NCBI GenBank assembly: GCA_016748015.1
Contig: JAAOMT010000741.1
Coordinates: 786,120-850,119 of the forward strand
Origin: Geosiphon pyriformis uo1
Taxonomy: Eukaryota; Fungi; Glomeromycota
Direction: 5' to 3'
DNA: 64,000 nucleotides
Under the pieces are notes generated by a model that was not told where the DNA came from, ran no database searches, and saw only the letters and a program-made list of their open reading frames with translations. The position numbers were made by a program, and so were the translations under genes. Below are positions 1 through 12,489 of this stretch, piece by piece. Positions within the stretch are counted from its first letter, which is position 1; each line of letters begins with the position of its first letter.

Positions 1-268
1 AGATTTCCGGCTGTGACTTTTAGGTTTACGGCTTTTACTTCTAGGTTTGCGACTATGACTTCTAGGTTTACGGCTTTTAAGGTTTGCGGCATTTACTACG
101 GTTAGTAGAACACTTTACAGCCCCAAGAGCGCGCTTCACAAGTTTGTTAGAAAAACCCGAATCTAGAGCAATCATACTTCCAGCGGCTGAACCTCCCGGG
201 ACAAAATTTGCAGGAGACGTCGAGGCTACCAAGAAGAGTGCATTGGTGATCAAGCACGAAAAAATCAT
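1..268 (-). pseudogene. Secreted precursor with basic 7-aa S-R-K-P-R/K-S-H/K repeat; reading frame broken by a 5-nt deletion; continues off the window start
   Basis: ATG at 268 gives signal-peptide-like MIFSCLITNALFLVASTSP and a KR site. A 21-nt tandem repeat at 11-89 encodes KSRKPRSHSRKPRSKSRKPKSHSRKS in a shifted frame. Unit 74-89 is 16 nt (lacks CTTCT), which creates the TAA at 79-77. TATA-like run near 398-408. Confidence 0.6.
11..89. repeat. 21-nt coding tandem repeat (3 full units + one 16-nt unit)
   Basis: ctgtgacttttaggtttacgg / cttttacttctaggtttgcga / ctatgacttctaggtttacgg / cttttaaggtttgcgg. Confidence 0.9.
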
Positions 269-489
269 TTAAGTTTAACTATTTTTCTAACTTACACCTT
301 GGTAGTTAGTGTGACAAAAAATTTTAATAAATACGAAGGAAAAAATTTCCCGAGAGAGCTAGAGGAATGAAAAACCAATAAGGATCAGAGCAAAGCCTAT
401 TATATATACTTATCATTTTGAGTCTGAAGGCCGGTCAAGTTTAAATTGGTAGCGCTAAAAGAACTATCACTGTTCAAAAAAAAAAAGTA

Positions 490-760
490 TTTTTTATAGT
501 TTTCAATAGTTAGATTCATATCTGGAAGAGAAAAAATGAGAAATAAATTATGGGAAATACTTAATTTTTGTCAGTAAAAGTCATTTAATTTTCAAAACAA
601 AAATATCTTTATTGTTTTCTTTTCAGTTTTTGAATAATATTAAGTTGAAGCATTTAAATAGCTAATTAAAAGGATAATGTATGATATGATGTAAAATTTA
701 AAAATGATTTTAAATTGGTCATTTCCTTAAAAAATTTACCTTTGGCAGAAAAATAATTTT
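490..760. repeat. Non-coding segment duplicated in inverted orientation at ~10990-11100 and ~11530-11665
   Basis: Reverse complement of 630-760 (attatttttctgccaaaggtaaatttt...catacattatccttttaatta) matches 10993-11090. Reverse complement of 490-610 matches 11531-11665. Confidence 0.75.
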
Positions 761-1952
761 TTAAAAGTCGATCAATCATTTGTTATCTAATCTTTTTAAA
801 GAAGAGATTTTCTTTGAGCAAAAAAGGAGATTTTCTTTGAAAATTACTTTATCTATCTAAAACAAATTAACGCAATCAATGAAAGGTCTTTGTAGCTCCA
901 AAATTTAGCACAAAAAGAATTGTTATGATTCAAAAAAACTTTTTTATTTATTTATTTATTGTTTCTTATATAAAAATTTTTTTTTTAAAAAAAAAAGTAT
1001 CCAGCATTTAAAGTGAAAAAAAAAAATTTGAAATTTTTCACACACTTTTTACTAGTTATTATTAATTTTAAACTTTAATTATGATGTTCAAAAAGTTATA
1101 ATAAATTTTAATTTTAAAATTAAAGACTGCAATTCTACTTTAAAGTTTTGACATTTCATTAAAAATATTATTCCAAAATTTTTCAAAATTTTTTTTTTAA
1201 TCTTTAAAATAATTTTAAATATCATGCCAGTTTCTAATTACTTAAATATGTTTTACTTTCTTGGGTTTCGTTAAAATTTTTACTTTTTCATCTAATTAAA
1301 AAAATAGTTTTACAAGGATATTATTTTTGATTATCTAAAAATTTCTTCTAATTATTGGTTTATTACATATATTAAGTCATTTGGTTATCCCCCCGATTTC
1401 ATTATAGCAATAGCAATTTTTCTTTATTTGATATTTTTTGTTGATATAATATTAAAGTTTTTTTTTGTTACAATAAAAAATTGTTTATCTCAAATTATCA
1501 AAATTTAACTTTTATCAATTCTTTAAGAATATGATAGGCTTCAGCATTTTTTTACTATTTCTTTCAACCACAATACAAAGCATATCCATCATCAAAATTT
1601 CTTTGAATTTAAATTTCAATCAAAGTCAATAAAAAAATATGTAAACAGTTAATAAAACTGATTCAAAATATATCTAAAGTCATATTGAGGATTAACTAGT
1701 TAAGACCTACTTGAGAATTTTCAACGTATCCATAATACATGTATATCCTAACTGGGTCTTTCAAAAAAATCAAGGACTGAGTGTTATTATTAAAAGATTA
1801 TTTAAGACTTACACCATTAAAAGGTCTTAAAAACGATTAATAATTTGAAACGTAGTAAAATTTTAATAAACCTTTAAACATATTAATTATTAAACAATTA
1901 AGTGACAAAATAATTAATAGATATCTTCTCACTTAAAATATTTTAAAGGTAG

Positions 1953-2155
1953 AAGAGATTTTTAAATAATTTAGAGAAGGTATTAATTTTTATAATAGAT
2001 AGAATAACTTCATTTTAATATATAAACGAGCTCGTCGTGCTGTAATTTTATTCCTCATCCAAGCTTTAATCCTTTAAATATCAGAGGACTTCAAAAGCAC
2101 TCGATCAAACCATTATTCAAATATCTTTCACTCTTTACTAATTCACTCTATCAAA
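1953..2155 (+). promoter_or_regulatory. Promoter/5'UTR of Gly/Asn peptide gene, conserved with the paralog at 35497-35775
   Basis: TATATAAA at 2019. The 19-mer aagagatttttaaataatt is identical at 1953 and 35497. Shared tcatccaagcttt and tcgatcaaa blocks. Confidence 0.7.
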
Positions 2156-2401
2156 ATGGCCAAAATTTCTTTCGCTTTCACCGCTGTTCTTGCTACCGTC
2201 CTCATTTTGTTGGCTGTTTCCCCTTCAACAAATGCGTCTCCAGCTAACTCTCATATTGGTGAATTCGATGGTAACTGGAACGGCAATTGGAACAAAGGTA
2301 ACAACAATGGTGTCGATGACGGAAATTCCAACGGGATTAATAATCAAAACAAATGGACCGGTGCTCTTAACGGCAAAATCGTAAACTCCTTCGACCCTTA
2401 G
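2156..2401 (+). CDS. Small secreted Gly/Asn-rich peptide (81 aa), paralog 1
   Basis: aaaATG context, hydrophobic signal peptide ending ...PSTNA, G-periodic GNxN repeats, TATA ~135 nt upstream, clear paralog at 35776. Confidence 0.88.
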   Translation: MAKISFAFTAVLATVLILLAVSPSTNASPANSHIGEFDGNWNGNWNKGNNNGVDDGNSNGINNQNKWTGALNGKIVNSFDP

Positions 2402-4336
2402 AAAATATTATTTCCTGTATAATATATTTTCTCTTGTTTGAATTATACTTGGGAAGTTGTTCTTTTTAGATGAAAAAAGTTTTTTTATTAGCAATTTACC
2501 AAATTCCACTGATCAATTCATTAGTCCTTGATAGCAAGCAAGTGAAAAACCTCAAGTAAATTTTTAGTCCTTAAAAAGATTATATCGTTAGTAATAATCT
2601 TTATCATGATCATGTACTCTATGGAAAATTTTTCACATAAATTGAAATAAAAAGGTTTTTTAAAATCCCCAGTAGATATTTTGAAAACATTCTCCAAGAA
2701 AAATTGTTGCAAGATAAATACACTCATTTTTTTTTTCAATTCTCGCAGAGTTAAAATTTCAAAGTTTTGATTTTAACACTTTTAATCAACCTCCTTGGCC
2801 GGCGAAATAATGACTAGTCATAAATCATGTTATAAAACTAATCTTTTGATCTCATCATTTCATTAATTCCTTAAAATATCGTTTCGTGTAATAGCTAGAA
2901 CTGAAATGTGGGATAAACATTTTTCTCTTTGGTGCATCAAAAAGATAAACGTTTTTTTTCACTGACTGATAAAATAGAAATTGCTATTTTACCTATTATT
3001 AATAAGTTCCAATCTGGTGATAAAAAAGTCATGACTGTCAGAAATACCCAACAAAAATAAATTCATAAAGAGATTCTAGCACTATTAAAAAAAATCTTGT
3101 AATTATCAAAGTAAAAGAGCTTTTAAAAGGAAAAATACTCCCTAGTTTCAAAACTGGAACAAAACAAAGGAGCAGGTTGAGAAAGAAGAAAGAAAGAAGA
3201 AAGACCTGGTAAATTATCATAAAACAAAATTTAAATTTAAATTTATTCGAATAGATAAACAAAAGTAACTCGAGTAATTATTGTAGGCTGGGTTGTTTTA
3301 CAATATCCTGAATTTTAAAACGATATGGTTGATCTGGCATTTATCCTGATAATCATTTCGTCTGAAGCATTCAAAGAAGCCCTTACTACTAGAAAACGAA
3401 AGGTAAAAAGTCTAAAAAAAGGCCTTTCGGCCACTCCCAAAAAGATGTGAAAGGTTTTGTCGAGCCCGTGATGCAAGCTTTATACAAAATAAAATTTATC
3501 ATACCGTAAAGGCCTGTAAATAAGCAACTCCTCACCCTGAAAATTCGGCAGCGTAGGGGGTTGGTTATTTTTGGGATTTTACCGCACACATATTGTTGAT
3601 ATTAGGCTCGAATGTCTTTCTCTTTTTCTTGCTTGGTTTTTAGGATTTCTCTGGTTTGCTGGTTGGGTCTTTTGGTTTGTTAGCTGCTTTATTTGGTTTT
3701 CGAATTCGGTTGGATTTTGGAATATATAGGTCTATAAAAGCTTTTGGCTAGTTCTCAAGTATTATTGGTCAGCATTAGATCAACGTGTGTGTTTGCTTAA
3801 AGGGATAACAGGCTTTTATTCTTTAATGACCAGTAATCATTTCGAATAAATATATTAATTCAACTCTTTTGGACCTGAAGAACGGGACTTTTACGAAATA
3901 CCCAATAATTTTGACGACCATGAGGATAACAGCGGAGAAAGAGGTAAAAACTGTTACCTTCGACTACCAAGCCACAATTACTTTCAATGTTAACATTGTA
4001 TGGTTTTATTGCATTGTATTCTTGTGGCTAAACTTATCAACCAACCCAAGTCATATGAAAGTCCCCTTTTTTGATCGCCATTGAAAAATCGGATTGGCCA
4101 AAATATTTCAAGGGGATGGCTTTAAATTAATCGATTACAGATTAATAAGTCTAATTATATCTTTTTAAAGCCAACACTAATATTTTGAAATCAATATTAA
4201 CGCGCGAAATTGAACTTTAATATTAAAGCGAGAACATTTTAAAATCTCTTAAAATTTTGATTACATTTTTCACTATTATCCTTATTCTAATATTTCCTCA
4301 TCACATTATAAAATTAAGTCTATTTATGTCAAAATC

Positions 4337-4931
4337 TTAAGGTCTTTGGCAATAATTTTCACAAAACGAGGGACCACTTCTTACACAGGATACTCTGCGA
4401 AGACAAGGATTTCTACATATGCAAACCTTATAATCTAATATTATTTTAAAAACCAAAGCGCAGTCAATAAAATTTAAAGCTAAGCACGGTATGAAGAAAA
4501 TGAATTAACTTCAAAATCAAAAACTTACCTGGCGAGCAAACTGCCAATTCATAATTTTTTCTTCGATAAACGAAAGCCCAAGGTTGGCAATAGTAATTCT
4601 CTTGACAGACTACTCTACTACATACGTTTCGGCGAGCTCTTCCGGAACCTTGGGAAGAAGGGGGTTTTGAAGAAATTTATATGATTAAACTATGAGCAAA
4701 TTTCTCAAAAAAAAAATTTCCATAAAAACTTAGTTAACCTGAGAATGCACGTAATTCAGCATCTCCACCATCAATCTCTTGAGCTGTAGCACCGGGAGCA
4801 GGTACCGACCCAGATGGAATTACGTTCTGTATAACCTCTTGTGGTACTTGTGCTCTCACCGAAAATATCGAAAAGATAGAAACCGAGAAGAGTAACAATA
4901 AAAAACAAAAGAAAGAGAAAACTTTTGTCAT
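4337..4931 (-). CDS. 3-exon secreted cysteine-rich prepro-peptide, 136 aa, 10 Cys (exons 4931-4739, 4648-4529, 4434-4337)
   Basis: Both introns (4738-4649 GT..AAG, 90 nt; 4528-4435 GTAAGT..TAG, 94 nt) are phase 1 and join without stops. Product: signal peptide, acidic pro-region, RARR, then NVCSRVVCQENYYCQPWAFVYRRKNYELAVCSPDYKVCICRNPCLRRVSCVRSGPSFCENYCQRP*. Confidence 0.85.
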
Positions 4932-5949
4932 GATTTATAATTTCTTCCGAGAAGATTTGATATAAAAAAAGTCAAAAGACAAAGACACCAACAAAAAGGA
5001 TTTTGAAGAGTTAACTTTTCAAAAACTCCTTTTATACGTAAAGCTCTGGAATTTTTTTTTTCTACCTTTTACCTTTTACCTAATTTATAAAATCTTTTTT
5101 ATTTTCAAAGTTCTCATGACATTAATGAAAACTTAATTAAAACGTTTAATCTTTGAAATATAAAAATATTTTTTTAAATAAAAACTTATAAGCATATTTT
5201 ATTATCAATTATAAAGTAAAAAAGGTATAACTAAATCAGCTGCACCGTGACAAATTACCATTTATTTTTAGAAATCTTGTGATAAATTTCTTTATAGAGA
5301 AGAATTTAATTCCAAAAGTATAAAACAATACATATAAAGATGAGTACTCTTATAAACTTTTCGGAAAAAATTTTGAAAATTTTCTCAAAAATTAATCTTT
5401 GAGTAGCTTTGGTTGGAAAAATATTCCCAGAGATTTTTGATTTATTAAATTTAGAATTGATAAGACCAGCCGAAAAGGGTAACAGGCTGGTTGCGATATA
5501 CTTTATGCTTTCATTTGACTTAATAAATTGTATAATTTCTATTAAATCTCTCTAAAGTTTTTTTTTGGAAGCATTAAAAAAATTATAAAAAAAAAATGAA
5601 AAGCCATTTGAATCATTTAAGTTATTAATAATGCGATGACTTTTTCTCATAAAGTTCAACCTAATACTTTTTTGGTATCCTAATTTAATATTATATTTAA
5701 TAGTTTTTTAAGCATTCTACATGTACAAAATGGATCACACATACACAAAATTGGAACAATTTTCTGAGGATAAAAAAAAGGGATGACGATTATTTTTTCC
5801 CGATACAGGGAATAAAAGTAAATTTTTCTCTATAAATTTATTATGATTATTTTTTATAATTATTGAAAAAAAAAACATCAATGAAATGAATCGGATAACT
5901 CTTTCTTTCTATAACTTCTTTAACCTGTTTTGGCATCGAGTCAATAAAT

Positions 5950-6370
5950 TGAATTCAATTTTTAATTTCCCTCCACATATTTCTATTTGACTAGGTTCTG
6001 ACAATTGTATTCCAAGGTTCTTTCACAAGCTTTCACTTGTGAATTGGAGCGTTATCTCGCTAAAGTATTGCTTTTTATGCGGTCATAATTATAGGATAAA
6101 CTATATCTAATATAAGGCTTCCATATACTTCAACAGTCATACGTGAAAGGTACATTCCCATACCATGATAGATTCAGGTCCAATTTTCACGCTTGCTCGC
6201 TCACATTGATGTCACTATAAACGAAATTTCTATTTGAAAAAACACTCATAGAAGGCTCATCTCTCCAAAGAATACGCTGACAATCTTATTGGGTCCAATG
6301 CTTGTAAGTTTTAGTCCACTTTAACTGTTTGATTCGGGTTACTTCATTAATCATTGATTTTTTATGCATT
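5950..6370 (-). mobile_element. Degenerate Tc1/mariner transposase fragment
   Basis: Minus-strand translation gives KQLKWTKTYKHWTQ*DCQRILWRDE (typical ..HKHWT.EDW..VLWSDE), SIMVWEC and RDNAPIHK (QDNAPxH), with stops and frameshifts. Confidence 0.7.
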
Positions 6371-8040
6371 ATATAGAATTTAATATTAAAAGTATTAGCG
6401 GATATAAGAGTTTGAATTTTCGGCAGCAAATAAATTTTTTGGCCTTTTATTTTTGATTTCCCAGACAATTCGATGTTCAGAAAATTTATCGAAAATAGGT
6501 TTTCAACCACTATTATTTCCTTTTAAATACTCTTTTTTTTTTTGTTAATTCTAATCGTTTAGAACCATTTTTAACACAAGCCTCGGACTATTCTCTTGAG
6601 TATTTTCGTCATATAACATTCTTTTTTACCAAGATCTTGTTGGCGACCCATTTGTGTTTATATTTCGAATTTTGAAGCCGCTCTTTAATTAAATAAGAAA
6701 TTAAACAAAGACAAATGCCTTTTCTTATTAAAAATAATCACGTATATGCAATTTTTAAGGTTGTTAATTTCATTTTTAAAATTTTTGTGATTTTGACGAG
6801 GAAATCTTTCGAATTTTTTTGTGACCCATCTGCGCAGACATTTGAAATTTCTTAAAAGTAATTTTTAATCAATTTTAATAATAAGAAAAATGTTTTTAAG
6901 ATGAAAAAAAAAGCATTTTTTTGGAATTTCAATGTTGGGAAAATATTGACCCCATTCAAATATATTTTTTTAACAAATTTATCAGATCAAAAATCAAATA
7001 TGAAGTATGTTAAAATATAAAATAAAAAAGTTAAAAAATGTGATAATTATAGAATATTTAAATATTTTTAATTGAAAAGTAAATATCCAAAAAAAACCTC
7101 ATTCTTTGATTACCAATTAAAAAAAATCCTGGCTTCATTTTTACATATTTTATTTCACAAACCCATATTATAAAGGGTTTTAAATTCAATTTTTATTTCC
7201 AATAGAGTAAAATACATATATTCAGAATGACTTTCTATTACTGATAGTGTTTGTTTTTCAAATCTATTTTCACGCTCTATTATGGTAATATATATATTTT
7301 TGAATGAAATATCAAATTATTATTTAATGAACATACGAAAACATGTGAGTTATCATACTGACCAACCAGATGTCTTAAATTATCGTAATCGAGGTCATTT
7401 TTTGAAATTTGGTATTTTGATTTTAGTAACCATACCATCTTTATTCCTTTGAACTTTGAACCAAGATTTTTTTTTCTTCTAGCGAGAGTCATGTACTATT
7501 TAGTGATTTTTTATTGTCTTCATTTTTAAAATAAAGCTAATGCAAAATTTAAGGCTCGGGTCCAGATTATAAAATTAATAAGGAACAAGGAAAAAACGTA
7601 TCCTTCCCTTATAGAAATTCCATCAGGGTGAATCAATTTTAAAAGTAAGGATTGATTTACTCTTTGTTCTAGCAAATCTGGTGAATCAATCTAGAGAAAG
7701 ATGATTTGGCCTTACATCCTTCGTGACTAAATATAAAAATGTCCTTTCTCAGTCGTGAGAGACCAAAATAAAAAATATTAGATAAATAATTTCACATTGC
7801 CTTATTTTTTGGTCCAACATTGTGATATTATAGAATAATTAATAGATATATTATTCAAAGACAGAATCATTTCGATTCATTTCTTGCAAAATCCTAAAGC
7901 TTCTTTTAAAAACAAGCCAAACAAGAAATTTGGATAATACTTTCTAGAAAATAGCTTGAAAAAATATCAATCATCATATAATCTATTCTATTTTCACTCT
8001 TTTTTTGAATTGATATTACTCAAAATCATAATTTCTCACA

Positions 8041-8481
8041 ATGATAGCTTTCTCGTTTAAAAAAATTTCCTTCACTTTTATTTTACTGTTCCTTATGATC
8101 GACGATATATCGCTTTCAAATCCGATCCTCAAGAAAAGCCAAATCCCTCATAAACTTTATCAGATTCACGGCCGAGCGACATATTATAATGCGGCCGGGA
8201 AAGGTGCCTGTGGTTTTAACAACGATGAAAATTCATTTGTGGTAGCGATCTCGTCCGCCGATTACGATTCGATGATTCAAGAAGATGAGAATCCAAGCAA
8301 AAATTGGGTTTGTGGAAGAATGGTACGCGTCTACCATCAGAATAGATTTGTAGACGGAAGGGTCGTTGATAGATGTCCGAATAAGTGTGAATCCGGTGAT
8401 ATAACTTTATCGCCTGTGATGTTTGACCAGTTGGCTGAACGAGAAGTTGGGGAAATTCCTGTTGCGTGGAAGTTTCTATAG
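8041..8481 (+). CDS. Secreted RlpA-like double-psi beta-barrel (expansin/loosenin-like) protein, 146 aa
   Basis: Signal peptide; motifs GRATYY..GKGACG, VVAIS, CGRMVRV, VVDRCP..C..GDITLSP..FDQLA...GEIPVAWKF are typical of fungal DPBB_1 proteins. Confidence 0.9.
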   Translation: MIAFSFKKISFTFILLFLMIDDISLSNPILKKSQIPHKLYQIHGRATYYNAAGKGACGFNNDENSFVVAISSADYDSMIQEDENPSKNWVCGRMVRVYHQNRFVDGRVVDRCPNKCESGDITLSPVMFDQLAEREVGEIPVAWKFL

Positions 8482-9444
8482 AGAGAGTGTCGAAAAATTT
8501 ATTCGATTTTATAAGTTGAATATTTCTCTGGCTTTCCGTTTTAGACCGAAATTTTACACTAATTTAAAACTAATGCGATTTATTGACTCAATATTAGAGT
8601 ACTCATTTATTGGTTGGGGGATCTATAAAATATAAATTATTCAATCCCATCTAAATGAAATTCTTTAGGAAATTTGAGTTTGAACATCATTTAATTATTA
8701 AAGTAGTTTAGACGGTGGTGTAATATTTGTCATTCTTCGTAAACAATATTTAATCCTTAATTCATAAGTTTCTGAAAATTTTTTAGGATTCTAGGGATGT
8801 TTTAATATCATTAATTGTAGAACATATATTCACTTTTTTTTAAATAAATTGCATATGGAATATTTTCAAGAATAATTTTACTATAAAAGTAGGTTTATTT
8901 GAATAAAAGAAATTTTAAATTGATGGGAATTTATATGGCAAGAAAATCAAAGAAAGGGAATCAATTAAAAAATAGAAAATACTTCTCAATTACTTAGTCA
9001 CTGATAGAGAAGAAAAAGAAATTAGTATTCGGTAAGAGATATATTAAGTCGAGCAAAGAAACTTGGATAATATAAAAAATATGGTCGCTAAGTGAATTTT
9101 AACTATTGTAATAACGAAAAAAAAACTTTATGATTATACCTGTCCTCAATTAATAAAAAACTGTTCAATATAAAAAATGAAATTTAACCACTGTAAAAGG
9201 GAATATTAAAGGAAAAAGAGAATCAAAGTCTCACTATAACAAAATTTGTTACATATAAATTTTTCCAAATAAAAAGCTCATGTATTAAATTTCATTTCCA
9301 CTATTTCCAAAGGGAAATTAATTTGCACCATTTTTTTACATTATTACAAATGAATCTGTCGATCAAGTAACGTAGCATGTCAAAGTTATTATACATTTGG
9401 AATGAGAATTAATGTTCCGTCTCAAATTTAAGTCAACTCACTAG

Positions 9445-10330
9445 GCTACCTATCTCAACCGCATGATACAATACCAAAAATTGAGCGCAAAGGAGGTAAT
9501 GTCATCACAAGAAGATTACGAAACATTTTATCGAAAAAATAAGATCAATATGTTCATAAGAATTCTTTGCTTCTGCGAATATTTGCCATTAAACTAGATA
9601 CAGAGGGAGTAGACATTTCGTATCACACAGTTGAAAGACATTTAAATCTTTTTGATATACATGAAAAACCTACCGATTATTACGTCAATGCTAGCAAAAG
9701 TTTCAAACTATAAACGTGTTGAATGGGAAAATTTTCATTTTAATGATAGGTGAAAAAAACTTATTTTCTGATGAAATGGAATTTCAACTATTTCGAAACA
9801 CACAATTAATCATTGGTACAAGAGGAAACGGTCAGTTCGTCTAAGACCAAAAAACAGTACAATTTTTTTGGCTCGGGACGGCTTTTGTACGAAGCGAAAG
9901 ACTAGCTTATTTTGTTTTCAGCATATCATGGATGCTAAGCGTTATTTGGAAAGTTTGCAACAGCATGTTGGGGAAGTTAATGAGATACTTGGGAAGAAGT
10001 GGCGCTGTCAAAAGATAACGATCCCAAACCATACAAGTCGAGTAGCACCTGAAGTTACTGACTGGCAGTTATTTAGTCCCGACCCAAATTCTATTGAAAA
10101 TCTGTAGGCAATTATTAAACGTGAAGTAGAAAAACGAATGTCGCAAAATATTGAAGATTTGGAGTGATATATGGTGAAAGAATGGAATTCCTTGTCAAAA
10201 AACATGCTAATCAATTTAGTAAATTCAACGTCGCGGCGTTACGAGTTGATTATTAAGACTAAAGAGAGGAAGAATTTTATATTAGATTTCATATTAATAA
10301 AATAAGTGGCTTTTGCCCTTTATAACATAT
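9445..10330 (+). mobile_element. Tc1/mariner (DDE_3) transposase pseudogene, copy A
   Basis: FSDE..FQLF, KDNDP(K)HTSR and SPDPNSIENL* motifs with stops and frameshifts. Homologous to the inverted copy at 12490-13342. Confidence 0.85.
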
Positions 10331-12489
10331 GATTTCGTGTAATTTTAGTGGAACTGTAATTAATTAGTAAAGTTGATTTTTTTTTTGCCATGCACTGTAT
10401 CTCAATAAGACCATTTTTATTATAACTCAGATGAAAGTGAGCAGGAAAAGAAATTTTTTTAGGCAGGATACTTTGGTTCAACAATTTGAATTCTTGCTTA
10501 GATGAAAGCGTAAGGTTTTGGAAGATAAAAAAAATTCCTATGTTAAATTTGTTAAGAAACCTATTATCAAAAATTCTCAAACGATTACTTTTTTTAGAAT
10601 TATTTTAATATCTTAAAGTTTTTTGCCGAAAATTTCGTTATGTTTAGAGTTTAAAATGAAAGTTTGAAGCAAAATCGAAATTCATCTTAAAGGTTTTTTA
10701 TTCTAAGTTTTGGGAGCTAAAATAGGCTTTCGTAAAGTACGTTAATTTCTCTAGATAGATAAACCAATTTTTTTCCTCAATCATAATTAAAACTAGACCA
10801 TAAGAAAATTTCTCGAGTATAATGTGTGCTCATAATACTAAAGCAAAATAAATCCCTTTTGATTCCTAGTTTATTATACTTTCACTTTGATATTATACTT
10901 GCACTTAATATTTCTGATTTTTAAGTTTCATTTCAAATTTGAAAAAGCTTTCTTAAAAAGACTAGACAGCCAATGATTGAGATGCATAAATGAATTATTT
11001 TTCTGCCAAGGTAAATTTTAAGAAATGACCAATTAAAATCAGATCTACAATTCACATCATACATTATCCTTTTAATTATATCACAATTCCAACTAAATAT
11101 TTCAAAGTAAAAATTTTTTGTCCTACACTATTAATTTAATAGTTTATGTTTATAAAAAATGTGATCAAAAGATTTTAAAACAAGACTCTTTAAATTTCTT
11201 GTAAACCTGATTGATTCGAAAGTCCGAAAAATGATGATTCCAAAATTAATCAGAAATTATAAAATATAATAATACTAAATTAAATCCAATTTTTTCATTA
11301 AAAGAATAATACATTTTTGTATTATATAAAAAAAAAATATATAAGGATACCTTTTATTATTTATTCATAGGTATTTTACCTTTCAGAAAAATTCTATTTA
11401 TCTAAAGTTGGACATTCTTTTATAGGAATTCCTTACTTTCACATTATTATAAGTAGGAATAGCTGAGGTTGCAAAGATAAAAGGTTTAAGAAGTACATTT
11501 AATATTGTTCAAAAATTTAAAAGATACGATAAAGATATCTTTATTTTGAAATTTAAATAATTTTATTGACAAAAAGAAAAATCATAATAAAATAAGTATT
11601 TTCTACAATTTATTTTGTCATTTTTCTTTCTCAATAGAGACTTAACTTTTGAAAACCATAATAAATTCAGCCTTTGAACCACAAAGTTTATTTTTATTTC
11701 AATTTAGATTTAAAATCCTTTTTAACCAAGGACAAAAACCAGAAGTATTAAAAAATCTGTAATTTGAATTAAAGTGAACTATATTCAATGGTAAAGCACC
11801 CATTTAAGCTTAATTCTTAAATAACGATTAATGAACACGACAAGATTCGTTTTCATGTATTCACGAGGAATTTGACACATCATGCCTATCATGAAACAGT
11901 AAACAACTAACTTTATTAAAAAGTATTGACATTAATAAATATTACAGGATAATAATTCAAAACACACCTTCAATGATGTCCCTAATGACCTCTAAGTAAG
12001 ACTTTCATTTCGTGTTCTGGCATGACCCCAAATCTCAATCCTGTTCAGAATATTTGAACTCTTTTGAAACATAACGTAGAAAAAAAAATGTTAGCAAAGA
12101 AAATATATCTCAAAAAGTTTTTATTGGGTTGGTGGAAGAAAAGTATAACTTCCTCTGTTCAAACTGGTATAAACACAGAAGGGAGATTTACTACACATTA
12201 GTTATATTATATATTTAGAGGAGTGTGTTTAACAAATTGTGCAATCTAAAAAAATGTCTGTAATTACCTTCTACCAGAACTTTAAGGTTATTCTATTGTT
12301 TTAAAATGTTGCAAATCTTTAAATGAATTAATTAAAAAATGGTTTTTTATAATTTTTCATCATGTTTTTAAATAAAAGTTTATTATAACTAAAAAAAAAA
12401 AAGGGAAATTAAAAGTTATTTTATCAAAAATCATAGATTTAAATTTTGGAATCTACATATAAAATGTGTGCCGGAATCGTATAATTAAT

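Noticed and set aside
84-272. 62-aa plus-strand ORF
   Set aside because: Antisense shadow of the minus-strand secreted gene, with a non-ATG start.
3038-4084. Short ORFs and K/P-rich or acidic coding-like fragments (e.g. LYIPKSNRIRKPNKAANKPKDPTSKPEKS on the minus strand)
   Set aside because: Could not be joined into a consistent spliced gene. May be pseudogene debris but is unsupported.
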